From Candidatus Wallbacteria bacterium (lineage in GTDB: Bacteria; Muiribacteriota; UBA9980), in assembly GCA_022703765.1 (NCBI GenBank), contig JAKJHQ010000001.1:17854-81853 (forward strand): a DNA stretch of 64,000 nt, given 5' to 3'. The notes under the pieces were generated by a model that did not search any database, was not told the origin of the DNA, and saw only the letters and a program-made list of their open reading frames with translations. The position numbers were made by a program, and so were the translations under genes. Each line of letters starts with the position of its first letter. Positions within the stretch are counted from its first letter, which is position 1. Shown in pieces: positions 37,325 to 47,522 of this stretch.

Positions 37325-37523
37325 CATATAGTATGGGTAAAATATTTAAATTAAGTTAAGAGTTCAGAGTGGAGAGTTGAGAACTAAAGGACTTTTGAAA
37401 ATTTCTATAAGGCGTTTTTAATATTTTATATATAAAGCTCGCAGGGCGAGCCCCAGCCTCAACTATTCACTATCCACTCTACACTATCCACTGATAAACT
37501 TACCCACATGAAATGAATAAGAG
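37325..37523 (-). repeat. Intergenic repeat element (T+H modules), an inverted copy of 32538-32735.
   Basis: The reverse complement is about 90% identical to 32538-32735 (agttcagagtggagagttgagaactaaagg ... gctcgcagggcgagccccagcctcaactattcactatccactctacactatccactgataaacttacccacatgaaatgaataagag). Confidence 0.85.
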
Positions 37524-37651
37524 TCATAAATTTATATATAATACCCTGCAAATCTTGACTTATGCGTCAAAAAATGTTATAAATGACATATGATAATTTT
37601 GCGATCGTTTTTTATCGTTAATTTAACGGCCGCGCTTTTTGAGGTGATATA

Positions 37652-38272
37652 GTGAAGAAAGTCAGCCTGGACAGCCTTGAAGCAGAAATGAAAATAGCAC
37701 AGACGATTACGATTCCGTTTACCGAAGTCACGCTGGTTGAATGCGGGACGATGCTCAACGAGCCGGCCGTTTTGCTGCTTAAAAGCATGGGAATAAACGA
37801 AGTCAGCGTTTACGAAGAAAGCGAGCTCAGGGAAATGGCCCTCGAAGCCGCCGCCGAAGCCGATAAAGGCCAGAAGGTCAGGCAGGTACTCATAGTTGAC
37901 GACGAGCGCGAGATATGCAATTATATCGGCGAAGTGGTCACCAGCCAGGGCTTCAAGCCAAGAGTCGCGCTGAGCGCGGCCGACGCATGGAACCGCCTGG
38001 CGAGCGATCCTTCTATAAACGATGTTTTTCTTGATATAATGATGCCGGAAATGAACGGGATCGAATTTCTCAATAAAGTAAGAAACGAACTCGGAAGAAA
38101 CGTGAACGTAGTGATGGTCACCGCCAAAAAAACCATAGAAGACGTAGTGGTGGCCAAAAAGCTCGGAATCGTAGATTATATAATGAAGCCTTTCACGCCC
38201 GACAGAATAGTAAAAGCTCTGCAGATGATGGCCGAAAAAAAAGGGAAGACGCTTCAGTCGCAGCAGAATTAA
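37652..38272 (+). CDS. Stand-alone response-regulator receiver protein with an N-terminal extension of about 80 aa.
   Basis: REC motifs VLIVDDE, DVFLDIMMPEMNG, VVMVTA and the Lys in IMKPF. GTG start with a GAGGTGA RBS. Confidence 0.75.
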   Translation: MKKVSLDSLEAEMKIAQTITIPFTEVTLVECGTMLNEPAVLLLKSMGINEVSVYEESELREMALEAAAEADKGQKVRQVLIVDDEREICNYIGEVVTSQGFKPRVALSAADAWNRLASDPSINDVFLDIMMPEMNGIEFLNKVRNELGRNVNVVMVTAKKTIEDVVVAKKLGIVDYIMKPFTPDRIVKALQMMAEKKGKTLQSQQN

Positions 38273-38349
38273 ATTCGAAGCGCGGTTTTCAAATACGCGG
38301 CGCCCGCAAATTATTACAGGGCGTCTTCGCGGCAAGGAGTCATTAAGCG

Positions 38350-38946
38350 ATGAATGAAAGCGGTAAAGAACCAAAATTATCTTTCGAGCTCAACGAATCC
38401 GAAAAAGACGAGTTATTAAAGCTCGCGCGGCGCGCGCTCGAAATGCATGTAAAAGAAAGAAAGACGCCTGATTTCAAAACGGAAAGCGGGATTTTGAATA
38501 CGAAATGCGGGGCGTTCGTAACGCTTCACAAAAACGGCGATTTACGCGGCTGCATCGGATATATAGAAGCTTACAAACCCCTTTATCAGACCATAATAGA
38601 AATGGCCCAGGCCGCATCCACCAAAGACAGCCGTTTCGAGCCGGTCACTCCCGGCGAGCTCGGCGAAATAGACATCGAGCTTTCGGTCCTGTCGCCGCTG
38701 GAAAAAATCACCGACTTTTCAAAAATAATAATAGGCGTGCACGGCCTTCTCGTCAGGCAGGGATATTATTCCGGGCTTCTTCTGCCGCAGGTCGCCGTAG
38801 AGTGGAACATGAGCGTGGAAGTTTTTTTAGAGGAGACCTGCCGCAAGGCCGGCCTTCCGCGAAACGCTTATAAGAACGGCGCTGACGTTTATTATTATTC
38901 CGCCCAGGTCTTCGGCGAAAAAACGCGAAACGGCCTTTCCGCCTGA
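38350..38946 (+). CDS. AMMECR1-domain protein.
   Basis: CGAFVTLHKNGDLRGCIGYIE ... AAST(K)DSRF ... HGLLV ... GLLLPQVA are hallmark AMMECR1 motifs. AAGGAG RBS. Confidence 0.85.
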   Translation: MNESGKEPKLSFELNESEKDELLKLARRALEMHVKERKTPDFKTESGILNTKCGAFVTLHKNGDLRGCIGYIEAYKPLYQTIIEMAQAASTKDSRFEPVTPGELGEIDIELSVLSPLEKITDFSKIIIGVHGLLVRQGYYSGLLLPQVAVEWNMSVEVFLEETCRKAGLPRNAYKNGADVYYYSAQVFGEKTRNGLSA

Positions 38947-39028
38947 AAATTCTCAAAATCCATGCGCTCTATTTTTAAAGCATTCAATATTCTTAATATA
39001 TTATACGTCCGCGCGGGCGTATAAAAAA

Positions 39029-39062
39029 AAGGCGCCGGTAAAAGGGCGCCCTTTTTTTTTAT
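39029..39062. terminator. Bidirectional rho-independent terminator between two convergent genes.
   Basis: aaaaaaaaGGCGCCggtaaaagGGCGCCCtttttttttt. A GC stem flanked by an A-tract and a T-tract. Confidence 0.55.
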
Positions 39063-39082
39063 TTAACTTTTCACGCCGTTTT

Positions 39083-41476
39083 CTAGCCGTTCATACGCAA
39101 AGAGGCTGTTTTGATTATGCGCGCGGCGGCGAGATGGCCGTTAAATTCGGCTATATAAGCCGCGGTTTTACCGTCGTTATCCTTAGCTTCGGCCGAAGCG
39201 CCGCAATTGATGAGGATTTTTATTATATCTTCGTTTCCGTTGTGGGCGGCCGCTATCAGGGGCGTTTTTCCTCCCGCGTCCGCCGCGTTGCAATCGGCTT
39301 TATTGTTAACGAGCAATTGTACGGCCTCAAAATTATTGGCTGCGGCGCTTTCTATAAGCGGGGTCCTTTCGTCGTTGTCCCTTTCGTTTACGTTTGCGCC
39401 GGAGCTTATAAGGGCTTTCATCGACTGAATGTAGCCTCCGCGCGCCGCTTCCATAAGCGCCGTGCGGCCCTTTACGTCGCGCGCGTTGACGTTCGCGCCG
39501 TGTTTAATGAGATTGAGGGCGATCTCGAAATTGCCGCGAAGGGCCGCTTCCATAAGCGGCGTCCTTTCGTTGTCGTCGGCCGCGTTCACGTCGGCGCCGG
39601 CCTCTATCAGCCTGTTGCAGAAAGAGGTCTTGCCGAGCAGCGCGGCGTCGTGCAGAGCGCTGCGGCCGTTGTCGTCGAGCGCCTTCACGTCGGCGTCGCT
39701 GGCTATAAGCGCTTTTACGATATCCATATTTTCGCCGTAAATCGACGCGGCGGCTTCGTGAAGGGGGGTTTTGCCGTTATCGTCTTTCAGGTTTACGGCC
39801 GCGTTTTTCTTTAAAACGGTCCTTATGAACTCCCAGTTGCCTCGAAGCACGGCGTCGTGCAGAGCGCTTCTTCCTTCGTCGTCGCGGGCGTTTATATCGG
39901 CGCCGTTTTCGACGAGAAGCGAAGTTATCAGAGCGCTGTTGGCAGAAAACGAAGCGGCGGCTTCATGCAGGGCGCTGCGCCCGCTGTCGTCGCGGCTGTT
40001 AATGTTTACGCCCTTTTCGATAAGCACTTTAACGGCCTCGGCGCCGTTTTTGCCCGAAGCGTAGATAAGCGCGGTGCGGCCTTTGTTGTCTTTCGCGTTT
40101 ACGTCGAGGCCTTTATCGATAAGCACTTTTAAAGTTTCTATATTGTTGAGGTTCTCCTGCGAAAATAAAACGGTTTTGCCGTCGTTATCGCGGTTATTCA
40201 CGTTTATTCCGCTTTCTACGAGCATTTTAAATATGGCGTCGTAGCCTTTTTCGCGGGCCAGGGCGAGCGCGGTTTTGCCGTCGTTGTTTTTAACGTCAAC
40301 GTCGGCGCCGGCGGTTATGAGGCCTCTTACCACGTCGTAATGGCCGTTTTCTACGCCCATTATGAGCGCGCTCCTGCCGAGGCGGTCTTTGGCGTCTATA
40401 TTGGCGCAGCGCGTCGCGAGAAGGTTAACCACGTTGGCATGGCCGGCTTCGGCGGCTTTCATGAGCGCCACGGAACGGCAGTTATCGCAAATGTTGGCGT
40501 CGGCGCCTTTTTCGACGAATAACCTCACTATGTCTATATGGCCCTTTTCGGCGGCGCTCATAAGGGCCGTGGCGCAATAATTGGTTTGCGCGTTTATGTC
40601 GGCGCCACGGTTGATAAGCAGTTCGGCGATTTCGGCATGCCCCTTTTCGGCGGCGTACATCAGCGCCGTCGTGCAGCATGTCGTCTTGGCGTTTATGTCG
40701 GCGCCGCTGTGAACGAGGAGCCGCGTTATTTCTTTATTTCCGTGATCGGCCGCGATCATGAGGGCGGTGATCATGGAAGACGAGTATTCGTTGACGTTCG
40801 CGCCGTTTTCCAGAAGCAGCTTTACGTTTTCGCAGTCGTTGCAATCTACGGCCTCCATCAGGGCCGTTCTTCCGTTTTCGTCCCTGAGGTTGACGTCGGC
40901 GTTAAGGTTGATAAGCAGTTTAGCCGTTTCCGTGCGGCCGCATTCGCAGGCGCGCATAAGCGGAGTGCGGCCCCTGGAATCCCTGGCGTTGACGTTGACT
41001 CCGTGATGGACAAGATACCTCACTATGGCGATCTGGCCGCACTCGGCCGTTTCGTTGATGGCCGTTTCCACCCATTTTCTCGCGGGATCGAATTCGTGTC
41101 CGTTTTTTATGAAAAGATCGGCCACGTTGTCGTAGCCGCGCCAGATGGCGAACATCAGAGAGTCCCAACCCTCGCGGTCTTTCATTGTAGAGTCCGCTCC
41201 GCTGGCTAAAAGCATTTCGCATATATCGTAATAACCGCGCCAGGCCGCGAACATAAGCGGGGTCCACCCGTCTTCCGTCGCCGCGTTAACGTTAGCCTCG
41301 TTATCTACGAGCAATTTTACGGTATCGAGATAACCCTTTTTAACGGCTTTATGCAGCGCCGTTTCGCCGTCGATTCCGCAGTAGTCGATATCGGCCTTTT
41401 TTAAAATTAAAACCCTTAATAATTCATTGTTTCCGCGTCTCGCCGCGTCGATTAAATTTTCATTTATCTTTTCCAT
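39083..41476 (-). CDS. Ankyrin-repeat protein with about 24 tandem ANK repeats.
   Basis: Repeated G.T(A/P)L(H/M).AA..G(H/Y)..(I/V)V..L(L/I)..GA(D/N)VNA units throughout. Start set at ATG 41476, which has an AGGAGG RBS; the ORF extends to 41563 without one. Confidence 0.85.
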   Translation of the reverse strand: MEKINENLIDAARRGNNELLRVLILKKADIDYCGIDGETALHKAVKKGYLDTVKLLVDNEANVNAATEDGWTPLMFAAWRGYYDICEMLLASGADSTMKDREGWDSLMFAIWRGYDNVADLFIKNGHEFDPARKWVETAINETAECGQIAIVRYLVHHGVNVNARDSRGRTPLMRACECGRTETAKLLINLNADVNLRDENGRTALMEAVDCNDCENVKLLLENGANVNEYSSSMITALMIAADHGNKEITRLLVHSGADINAKTTCCTTALMYAAEKGHAEIAELLINRGADINAQTNYCATALMSAAEKGHIDIVRLFVEKGADANICDNCRSVALMKAAEAGHANVVNLLATRCANIDAKDRLGRSALIMGVENGHYDVVRGLITAGADVDVKNNDGKTALALAREKGYDAIFKMLVESGINVNNRDNDGKTVLFSQENLNNIETLKVLIDKGLDVNAKDNKGRTALIYASGKNGAEAVKVLIEKGVNINSRDDSGRSALHEAAASFSANSALITSLLVENGADINARDDEGRSALHDAVLRGNWEFIRTVLKKNAAVNLKDDNGKTPLHEAAASIYGENMDIVKALIASDADVKALDDNGRSALHDAALLGKTSFCNRLIEAGADVNAADDNERTPLMEAALRGNFEIALNLIKHGANVNARDVKGRTALMEAARGGYIQSMKALISSGANVNERDNDERTPLIESAAANNFEAVQLLVNNKADCNAADAGGKTPLIAAAHNGNEDIIKILINCGASAEAKDNDGKTAAYIAEFNGHLAAARIIKTASLRMNG

Positions 41477-41970
41477 CTCGAGCCTCCTTTCGATTATAAT
41501 TTTCCGAACTGTTTTTAATAATATAATAAAGCCGGAATGCGCGCCGAAAAAACGCGCAATCAATAATTACGCCCGCGCAAATAAATTATGAAAAAGGAAT
41601 ATTGAGATTAGGCGATTCTTTAGGGGATAGACAATATATAAGCCGGCCGGGGCGGCACGCAATCAGACGATCTATAAAACCGAAGAGAAGCGCAATATTA
41701 CATTTTTTGAATATAACGCGCGGCCCGTTTATTAATTTTATGCCTGAAACGCTCATATATTTACCCCCTTTCCCGAAAAAGGAAAAGAAAGGGATTGTTA
41801 AAGAAAAAATCAATTCCCTATATTTATTGTATCAATAATTCCGGCATTTGTCAAAACAAAATCGATATTTTTTATTTTATTTTTTTTACTTACCTTTTTC
41901 AATGATTTTATGGTATAATGTCTTTAATCAATATTTAATTAAATTTCTTTATATAAGCAAAAGGTAATTT

Positions 41971-43308
41971 ATGAAAAAAAGATTCATGCTATATCTTTTC
42001 ATAACGATAGCTTTGACCTCCTCTATAATAACCGTCTTTATTGGCGCTTATTCAAAATCCGTCATATCCGAAAATCTTGAAAATATCAAAAACGACACTG
42101 CTCTGAGGCTGGAAAATCAATTTATCATATACGACAATTTTTTACTGATGATAGAAAGCGAGCTGAAACAAAAGGCTAAAAAAGCGCTTTTAAATTTGTC
42201 GTCCGGTTTTTCCACTTACGAATCCACCCAAAAACCTTCCGCTGAAGATTTAAAAATTCTCGCTGCCGCAAACGGAGTAGATGAAATATATTTCATTAAC
42301 AAGAGCGGCCTTGTCTACAATACATCCTTTAAAACCGACCTCAATTTAAATTTAATGGCCATTACCGATTTCGCGCCGTTTTTGACAAGCGTATTCCATA
42401 AAAACGAAGTCGTTTTTCACCGGCTTTCAAATTCGACGCTTACGGGGGCGATCAATCTTTATGGTTATTATTACCCGAAAGACCGCGAATACGCCATTGA
42501 AGTATCATTAAACGTAAACGATTATCTTAACAAAATTTCTCCTAATTTCTGGCAGAAGACCATTAAAAATATATTTCACAGCCAGTTGAAGTATGTTTCA
42601 TACTTAAAGCAAATCGATATTTACGCCATGAACGATAAAAAAATCTGGTCTTTCATTAACGAAGGCAAGGCTGTAACGCTTAATCAGGAAATGCTCGAAA
42701 GAATTTTTAAAGAAAAAGAAGTCAAGCTCGCTCACGAAAATTTTTTGACTGTCTATAAAGCGATTTCATTCGAAAACAAAGATAATTCATGGTCGCCGTC
42801 GCAGGTAATACTGGAAATGAACTTCGACTACGGGGCCATAGATAAGTTCGAAACGCAGGTAATTTTCTATTCGTTCATAGTCTGCATAGCGATAATACTT
42901 CTCTCTTTCCTGATATCGTCTAAAATACTAAACAATTATATAACAAAAAGGATCATAAATATCAACGATGCTCTAAAAGAAGTCGCCGGCGGTAATTATT
43001 CCATAGTTATTAAAGACGAAGGCGACGATGAAATAACCGAAATCACATCCAATGTCAACGAAATGAGCGCAACCATATTCAAGCATGTAAGCTCGCTCGA
43101 AGAGCTCATGCCCATTTGCGCTTCGTGCAAAAAGATACGCGACGACAAAGGCTACTGGGAACAGGTTGAAAGTTATTTCACCCGGCGTTCCGGAATCAAA
43201 TTTTCTCACGGAATGTGCCCGGATTGCACTAAAAAATACTATCCTGAATATTACAACAAAAAAATGGCCGCCGCCCAAAAAGATGAGAGAGGCGAGCCCC
43301 AGCATTAA
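41971..43308 (+). CDS. Membrane sensor protein with a periplasmic domain, a HAMP-like linker and a C-terminal Cys4 (CxxC-x29-CxxC) module.
   Basis: Two TM segments (LFITIALTSSIITVFIGAY; IVCIAIILLSFLISS). A HAMP-like linker (DALKEVAGGNYSIVIKDEGDDEITEITSNVNEMSATI). C-terminus PICASCKKIRDDKGYW ... FSHGMCPDC. The last ~6 codons and the stop lie inside a repeat fragment. Confidence 0.7.
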   Translation: MKKRFMLYLFITIALTSSIITVFIGAYSKSVISENLENIKNDTALRLENQFIIYDNFLLMIESELKQKAKKALLNLSSGFSTYESTQKPSAEDLKILAAANGVDEIYFINKSGLVYNTSFKTDLNLNLMAITDFAPFLTSVFHKNEVVFHRLSNSTLTGAINLYGYYYPKDREYAIEVSLNVNDYLNKISPNFWQKTIKNIFHSQLKYVSYLKQIDIYAMNDKKIWSFINEGKAVTLNQEMLERIFKEKEVKLAHENFLTVYKAISFENKDNSWSPSQVILEMNFDYGAIDKFETQVIFYSFIVCIAIILLSFLISSKILNNYITKRIININDALKEVAGGNYSIVIKDEGDDEITEITSNVNEMSATIFKHVSSLEELMPICASCKKIRDDKGYWEQVESYFTRRSGIKFSHGMCPDCTKKYYPEYYNKKMAAAQKDERGEPQH

Positions 43309-43355
43309 CCATTCACTATCCACTCTACACTATACACTGATACACATCCCACACG
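43291..43355 (-). repeat. Partial copy of the repeat head module, in inverted orientation.
   Basis: ggcgagccccagcattaaccattcactatccactctacactatacactgatacacatcccacacgaaa, compared with 37440-37520. Confidence 0.7.
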
Positions 43356-43441
43356 AAAAGAAAAAAAGCCTGTTTTTAAATCCCGCTTAAAAAAAAACAA
43401 AAATATCTTTTAAAAAAAATAAAATTATGATATAATTTTAA

Positions 43442-44884
<1,443 letters not shown>

Positions 44885-44899
44885 GGGAAGGTATCAGCT

Positions 44900-45208
44900 A
44901 TGCCCCCTAAATATAAATTCGAAATAGTGACAATGGATTCGCTGGTCTTCTCCGCCGAAGACGTCGAGTCGGTCATAATGCCGGCGGCAAAAGGCTATCT
45001 CGGAGTGCTGCAGGGCCACACGCCTTATATAACGCAGCTTTCCTCCGGCGACGTTACCATAAAAAAAGACGCAGCTTCGCCCGTTAACGATGCAGAATGG
45101 TCCGTCAGCGGAGGGTTCGCAAAAATACTCCCGGGTTCGGTAACTATATTCGCCGATAAAGTAGAAGAAAAGCGCGTCCACAAAGACGAAAAGCATACGC
45201 AGAAATAA
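44900..45208 (+). CDS. atpC: F-type ATP synthase epsilon subunit.
   Basis: FEIVTMDSLVFSAEDVESVIMPAAKGYLGVLQGHTPYITQL is an epsilon N-terminal beta-sandwich signature. It lies directly downstream of atpD. Confidence 0.85.
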   Translation: MPPKYKFEIVTMDSLVFSAEDVESVIMPAAKGYLGVLQGHTPYITQLSSGDVTIKKDAASPVNDAEWSVSGGFAKILPGSVTIFADKVEEKRVHKDEKHTQK

Positions 45209-45228
45209 ACGCAAAGTAAAATACGCTA

Positions 45229-45272
45229 AAAAAGCCGTCCGATTTAATTAAAATCAGGCGGCTTTTTTATTT
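45229..45272. terminator. Probable rho-independent terminator after atpC. It may be bidirectional, since convergent genes meet here.
   Basis: aaaaagccgtccgatttaattaaaatcaggcggcttttttattt. An imperfect stem (agccgtccgat / atcaggcggct) plus a T-run. Confidence 0.5.
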
Positions 45273-45314
45273 AATATCATTGGCCGCGGCAGGCGATTTT
45301 AAAAAATTATCCTG

Positions 45315-46259
45315 TTAAGATTTATTGCCGCCGTTTTCGATAATTTTTTTAATGGCTTCGATTTCCTTGAGCAGCGAAACGTTCGCCTCTTCGCGGTTTT
45401 TTAAATTTTCTTTTCTGAGGCGCTCTATGGCTTCGGTAAGCTGTTCGTTGGCGAGTTTTCGGTTGCTGGCGTTTTCCTTTCTGAAATTATGAAGCTCGGC
45501 CTGCATCGCGTCGAGCATTTTTTCTAGAGTCAGAGTATTATCCGAAGTCATTTCGTCAACGAATACTGCATTCGCTATGGACAGGCCCAGTATGCCGCCC
45601 ACGATCACCGCTATCATAAAGTAAATCCTTATGACGATGGCCGCCCCGGCGCTGGTCGTTGCCCGGGCCGCAATCTCGTCTGGAATGCCGTACCAGCCTT
45701 CTATGGTAAAGACCTTAAACATCGTATAGGCTGAAATCATAGGATTGGAGAAGTATTCAGGCGCAATCGACGCGAACAGGATAGTCGCTCCCATCGAAAA
45801 GATTATATTGAGCAGCAGAAGCGCCAGGAAAACGGCGATCGAAGCCTTGAGCGCGCGTTTTACGCCAAGCCAAATTTTCGGCCCGTCGGGTACGAAACGC
45901 AGCAATTTGAAAAAACGGGCGAGGCGACCCAGGCGCAATATCAAAACGGCCGAAAATATTTTAACGTCGAAAAAAGGTTCCAGCAGTGTAGGCGTGCTGG
46001 TTATAACCACGAAGAAATCGAAGCGGTTCCAGTTATTGTCCCAGTATTCTTCGCTGTCTAAATACATCATTTTCAGAACGGCTTCCACTATGAAATAAAT
46101 GACGCAGCAGTAATCCACCCATATCAGCCTGCCGGCCGTGGCCGCCGAAACGTCCGGAAAGGCGTCGAGAAACATGACGGCCGCGTTGAGCATGATAACG
46201 CTTATTACGGTTTTTTCGGATATGATAAAATTGACGATTTTACTTTCGATTGTTTTCAT
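45315..46259 (-). CDS. Voltage-gated ion channel family protein (6-TM, NaChBac-like) with a C-terminal coiled-coil.
   Basis: S4-like LILRLGRLARFFKLLRF. Pore-loop-like TMFKVFTIEGWYGIP. C-terminal heptad region. Confidence 0.7.
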   Translation of the reverse strand: MKTIESKIVNFIISEKTVISVIMLNAAVMFLDAFPDVSAATAGRLIWVDYCCVIYFIVEAVLKMMYLDSEEYWDNNWNRFDFFVVITSTPTLLEPFFDVKIFSAVLILRLGRLARFFKLLRFVPDGPKIWLGVKRALKASIAVFLALLLLNIIFSMGATILFASIAPEYFSNPMISAYTMFKVFTIEGWYGIPDEIAARATTSAGAAIVIRIYFMIAVIVGGILGLSIANAVFVDEMTSDNTLTLEKMLDAMQAELHNFRKENASNRKLANEQLTEAIERLRKENLKNREEANVSLLKEIEAIKKIIENGGNKS

Positions 46260-46283
46260 AACTGCATGATTTTAAATTATATT

Positions 46284-47522
46284 TTATAAGGAGTCAATCA
46301 ATTTTTCAAATTCATCTATATTTTTAAAGACGCGCGCCTTTTTTTCGATTTTTTCCAGATACGCCGAAGCGGCGCCGCCGGTATAGTCGAGCTCGTTAAA
46401 ATCCCTGCCTGCGCAAATAATATTAACGGCAGCGGGGAGCGCAAGGTCTTCGGCGAACTTAAGGTTAGCGAGATTTCCGGCGCCTATGGGAAAATCGCAT
46501 ACCACCACGGCCGAACTCGCTTTAATATATTCTAAATTTTTTATATAGTTTTCTTCGCTTATGGGCCTGTAAGGCTCTTCTTCGACCATCGGCACCGAAT
46601 TAGCCCGGCAGAAGCGCCAGTCGGAGTCGCCGGCGTTCAGCACACCGCAGCTGACGCTGAAATTGCGTTCGATGAGCCTCGCTATTATTTTTTCGCCGGA
46701 GCCGCCGCCGCAAATAACATGCACCCTGCCGCGGACCCCGCCGGAGCCGGGCCGGGCGTTCGAAAAACCCGCCGCGCCGAAAAAAACGGAGCCGAGCGTT
46801 CTGTAGTTGAGCACTTCGAACGGAGCGCCCTGTTTGAGTATCCGCCCGTCGTTTATGAGTATTATTTCACCGCAGTAATACGCCGCCATGTTTAAATCGT
46901 GCAAAATAGCGGCCACGGTAATGCCTCTTTCCGCGTGTTCTTTTTTTAAGATTTCAAAAAAGGCCTGCTGGTTTTTATAATCGAGATACGAAACCGGCTC
47001 GTCAAGAAGAAGGACGCGCGGCTTTCTAAGGAGCACAAAAACGAGCTGCACCAGGCGCGCTTCGCCGCCCGACATGGAGGCGATACTCCTGTTTTTTAAA
47101 TATGAAATATTCAATTTTTCTAATAATTCGTCTATTTCCGAGCAGCTTGTCTTGGAGGGGTCGGCGTTTGAAAGCTTTAAATACTCGTAAGCCGAAAGCC
47201 TGAGGCCGTCTTCGCTTTGCTGCGGGATATAGGCGCGTTCCCGGGCGAGTTCGCCCGCCGTGACTTTCGCGAGCTCCCGCCCGAAAAATTCGAGACTGCC
47301 CGCATATCCTTTTCTATAACCGAGCATGATATCGAGAAGGGTGGATTTTCCGGCGCCGTTAGGCCCTACTATGGCCGCGAAAGAGCCGGCTTCGATAGCG
47401 AAATTGATTCCGTTTATTATATTTTCGTCTTCTCCTTCGAAGCGATAGGTAAGAGCGGCCGCGCGAAATGCAGGCGGCGCGGCGTTACCGGCGTTACTGG
47501 AGCCTTTGTTATCCGTTCGCAC
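46284..47522 (-). CDS. ABC transporter ATP-binding protein (FecE/BtuD-like) with an extra C-terminal domain of about 160 aa.
   Basis: GPNGAGKSTLL Walker A, MSGGEARLVQL signature, LLLDEPVSYLD Walker B. Residues ~250-412 (VHVICGGGSGEKIIARL ... VVVCDFPIGAG) are not part of a standard ABC ATPase. Confidence 0.8.
   Translation of the reverse strand: MRTDNKGSSNAGNAAPPAFRAAALTYRFEGEDENIINGINFAIEAGSFAAIVGPNGAGKSTLLDIMLGYRKGYAGSLEFFGRELAKVTAGELARERAYIPQQSEDGLRLSAYEYLKLSNADPSKTSCSEIDELLEKLNISYLKNRSIASMSGGEARLVQLVFVLLRKPRVLLLDEPVSYLDYKNQQAFFEILKKEHAERGITVAAILHDLNMAAYYCGEIILINDGRILKQGAPFEVLNYRTLGSVFFGAAGFSNARPGSGGVRGRVHVICGGGSGEKIIARLIERNFSVSCGVLNAGDSDWRFCRANSVPMVEEEPYRPISEENYIKNLEYIKASSAVVVCDFPIGAGNLANLKFAEDLALPAAVNIICAGRDFNELDYTGGAASAYLEKIEKKARVFKNIDEFEKLIDSL

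Noticed and set aside
37577-38374. Minus-strand ORF of 265 aa overlapping the receiver gene
   Set aside because: The plus-strand ORF encodes a canonical REC domain with all conserved residues. The minus frame is His/Phe-rich nonsense.
39134-41209. Many plus-strand and alternate-frame ORFs inside the ankyrin-repeat gene (for example 39134..39814, 40538..41209 and 40920..41267)
   Set aside because: The GC-rich repetitive coding sequence produces long spurious frames on the opposite strand. Their translations are Ala/Arg/Gly-rich low complexity, with no RBS and no domain signal.
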